A DNA stretch of 64,000 nucleotides from Vicinamibacteria bacterium. GTDB taxonomy: Bacteria; Acidobacteriota; Vicinamibacteria; Marinacidobacterales; Marinacidobacteraceae. This document shows, piece after piece, positions 61,565 to 64,000 of this stretch. The stretch lies in contig OY729431.1 in assembly GCA_963422395.1 (NCBI GenBank), positions 64,001 to 128,000 of the forward strand, given 5' to 3'. Both the position numbers and the translations under genes were made by a program. The notes beneath the pieces were generated by a model. That model was not told where the DNA came from. It was given only the letters and a program-made list of their open reading frames with translations, and did not search any database. The stretch's first letter is position 1. The number at the start of each line of letters is the position of its first letter.

Positions 61565-63568
61565 GTGGATCCTCGGAATCGCCGCGCCTCGGCGCGCCAC
61601 TTCTGCCCGATCCCGGTCGCCGACCGGGCGCATGCCCTCGGTGAGGGTCGGACGCTGGCGGCCGCCGGGGCCGCACTCTCCCCGGCGTCGGCCGCCGCGC
61701 TCCGCGCTGCCCTGCTCGGGGGCGAGACCCACTACTCCCCCCGCCCGGGCCTTCCCGAACTGCGGGAGTCGGTCGGCCGCCGGCTCGAAGCTGCGGGTGC
61801 GCCGGCGGGCGGTGCGGTGGTCATCACCGCCGGGCGGCAGGAGGCGCTCTTCTGCGCCCTCGCCGGGGCGCGGGCCGAGGCCGGAGGGGATCCGCCGGTG
61901 GCGGTGGCGGTGTCTCCAGGCGCGGGCGGGTCGGAAGTGCTCGCAGCCTGCGCCGCTCTCGAACTCGTCCCCATCGGATCGCCCGGCGGAAGGGCGCCGG
62001 TCGCACGAATCACCACCCCGGACGAAGCGGAGGAAGACGGGTCAGGCGAAAAGAGCGTGGACGAAGCGGCAAGCACCCCCTTCCCGATCGTGGATTGTGG
62101 CGACCGACTCCTCCGCACCGGCATCGACGGTGAGGGCGAGGCGCGGTTTCTCGCCGGAATCGGAGAGGACGCAGTGCTCGTCGGCTCGCTCGACGGCCTG
62201 CCCGAGCTCGCGCCCTTCCGGGTGGGTTTCTTCCGAGCACCGCCCGCCCTGCTGGGCCGGCTGCGCAGCTTGAAACAGGCGATTTCCATCTGCACGGCCT
62301 CCCCTTCGCAGCGGGCGGCCGCGCTCGCGCTCGACGCCGGGCCTCCTCTCCCGGCCGCCCCTCCGGGCAAGGGCGCTGTTTCGGGAAAGGGAAAGGACGA
62401 TTCCCGCTATTCGCTGATGGAGCTCGCGGCTCGGCTCGAAGGGGTGGTGAGCCTCGGAAGGGGCGACCCCGACGCGGACGCCCCGGCGGCGGTGATCGAG
62501 GCTGCTTCCGCCCGGCTCGGCGACATCGAGCCGCTCGAACCCCGGGGTCAGGGCTGGCTCCGGAAGCGGATCGCCGAACGCGAGGAGGCGCGGACGGGAG
62601 TCCGGTGGAACCCGAAGACCGAAGTCCTGGTGACCGGAGGCGCCCAGGAGGGGATCGCGCTCGCCATGCTGGCGCTCCTCGGGGAACGCGAGGAGGTGTT
62701 GCTCGGCGATCCCCGCTACACCTCGTACGAGCAGTCGATCGCGCTGGCGCGGGGCCGGATGGCGCCCGTCCCCTGCGGGGGTCAGCCCGTCGGCGGCGAA
62801 CCCGATCGGAAGGGAGCCGACCCCGCAGAAGCCGAGGGGGAGGACTTCGGGATGCGGGCAGCGGCGGCCGAGGCCGTACTCCGCCGTGCCGACCGGCCCC
62901 GCCTGCTCGTGATCGTGAACTTCCAGAACCCGACCGGCGCCCGCACCAGGGACGGAGAAGTCGAGGATCTCTGCCGGATCGCCGACCGCGGCCACCTGTG
63001 GGTGCTCTCCGACGAGGTGTACGCCGAGATGGCGCTCGACGGCGCGGGTCCGGTGCTCTCCCCGGCGCGGCTGCCGAGGATGCGGAACCGCACTCTGACC
63101 CTCGGAAGTGTCTCGAAGAGCTATGCCATGACCGGCTTCCGCATCGGCTGGCTGACCGGCCCGGCAGACGCCATCGCCGCCTGCGCCCGAGTCAAGGCCG
63201 CCCTCTCCGGTCCGGCCCCGCTCTTCTCTCAGCGGGCGGCGGCGGCGGCGCTCACCGGCGGCGGTGACTTCCCCGCCCGGCTGCGCGATCTCTACGCGCC
63301 GCGGCGGCGGCTCCTCCTCGAAGGCCTCGCGCGCCTCGGGATCCCGACCGCAGCCCACGGCGGGGGTTTCTTCGTCTGGGCGGACATCTCCCGCTTCGGC
63401 CTCCCCGCCGAGGCGTTCTGCCGCCGCCTGCTCACCGAGGCGCGGGTGCTCGTCTTTCCGGGGACTGCATTCGGAAAGCGCTGGGACCGCTACGCCCGGG
63501 TCTCCATGCTGCAGTCGGAAGACCAGATCGAGGAAGCACTGACCCGCATGGAGAATTTTTCGGGCTGA
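61565..63568 (+). CDS. Tandem class I/II aminotransferase fusion; only the C-terminal half has an intact PLP site
   Basis: C-half: NFQNPTG, SDEVY, SVSKSYAMTGFRIGW; N-half: THYSPRPGLPELRE, TAGRQEAL, GSLDG....PFRVGF. Confidence 0.8.
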   Translation: MDPRNRRASARHFCPIPVADRAHALGEGRTLAAAGAALSPASAAALRAALLGGETHYSPRPGLPELRESVGRRLEAAGAPAGGAVVITAGRQEALFCALAGARAEAGGDPPVAVAVSPGAGGSEVLAACAALELVPIGSPGGRAPVARITTPDEAEEDGSGEKSVDEAASTPFPIVDCGDRLLRTGIDGEGEARFLAGIGEDAVLVGSLDGLPELAPFRVGFFRAPPALLGRLRSLKQAISICTASPSQRAAALALDAGPPLPAAPPGKGAVSGKGKDDSRYSLMELAARLEGVVSLGRGDPDADAPAAVIEAASARLGDIEPLEPRGQGWLRKRIAEREEARTGVRWNPKTEVLVTGGAQEGIALAMLALLGEREEVLLGDPRYTSYEQSIALARGRMAPVPCGGQPVGGEPDRKGADPAEAEGEDFGMRAAAAEAVLRRADRPRLLVIVNFQNPTGARTRDGEVEDLCRIADRGHLWVLSDEVYAEMALDGAGPVLSPARLPRMRNRTLTLGSVSKSYAMTGFRIGWLTGPADAIAACARVKAALSGPAPLFSQRAAAAALTGGGDFPARLRDLYAPRRRLLLEGLARLGIPTAAHGGGFFVWADISRFGLPAEAFCRRLLTEARVLVFPGTAFGKRWDRYARVSMLQSEDQIEEALTRMENFSG

Positions 63569-64000
63569 CCAGACGCCCGACGGCGGAGGCGTCCCGGCCC
63601 CACTCGGGAACGATCCGTATTCCCGCCAGCCGTCGAGGAGGTCCTCGACGGCGCGCCACAGCTTGTCGAAGGACGGCACCGAGGATGCTGCGGCCCTCGT
63701 CGTCGAGCGGCGCCAGGCTGCGGATCGGACGCGAGAAGTTCCATCCGGAGCAACTCACCCGCCGTTGCGAGTCGGTCACCGAGGATGCCGCGGCCCTTGT
63801 CGTCGAGCGGCCCGAGCCGGGTTTTTCCGGCTTCCGAGACGACCGCGAGGAGCGACTCCACCGGCAGGTCCTCATGGTCCAACAGGTCGGCGCTGTGCGT
63901 GGTCGCGATGATCTGGAGGGTTCCGCTCACCTCCTGGAGCGCATCCATCAGCGCGGCCGCGGCGGCCGGGTGGAGGGCGCTCTCCGGTTCCTCGATTCCG
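63490..64000 (-). CDS. AAA_21/ABC-type ATPase, C-terminal part (5' end beyond window; native 3' end apparently disrupted near 63710)
   Basis: Walker B IEEPESALHP; H-loop IIATTHSADLL. Confidence 0.75.
   Translation of the reverse strand, partial: GIEEPESALHPAAAAALMDALQEVSGTLQIIATTHSADLLDHEDLPVESLLAVVSEAGKTRLGPLDDKGRGILGDRLATAGELLRMELLASDPQPGAARRRGPQHPRCRPSTSCGAPSRTSSTAGGNTDRSRVGPGRLRRRASGQPEKFSMRVSASSIWSSDCSMETRA
63677..63811. repeat. 35-bp direct repeat, two copies 100 bp apart (63677-63711 and 63777-63811)
   Basis: CACCGAGGATGC(T/C)GCGGCCCT(C/T)GTCGTCGAGCGGC, two mismatches. Confidence 0.85.

Noticed and set aside
63677-63811. 35-bp repeat pair as a DGR template/variable repeat
   Set aside because: Too short, mismatches are not consistently at adenines of one copy, and there is no reverse transcriptase

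Overview
High-GC chromosomal window around the replication origin of a bacterium, most likely Acidobacteriota. That assignment is inferred from the gene order parA-parB-bactofilin-atpF'FHAGDC and the elb cluster. The core block (~34.6-56.3 kb) holds atpF'FHAGDC, bactofilin, parAB, a parS site, rsmG, yidC, yidD, rnpA, rpmH, dnaA, a probable oriC, dnaN, gyrB, gyrA and pyrE. Accessory content from left to right: a HipA-like kinase/HIRAN pair; an Slt-aminotransferase-TPR operon; tmRNA followed by amtB, an atypical PII gene, glnA, flotillin and a type III restriction remnant; a self-contained three-gene operon of unknown exported proteins; an ether-lipid elbB-E-like cluster flanked by fabH, a DAG kinase and a CDP-alcohol phosphatidyltransferase; and a catabolic operon ending in a tandem aminotransferase whose first half lacks the catalytic Lys. 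Sequence-level signals include a family of ~180-200 bp MITEs with YTAR target duplications and DnaA-box-like ends next to parS, and strong apparent avoidance of the tetramer ACGT, which extends to the parS core. All calls come from reading the sequence and recalling protein families; no searches were run.
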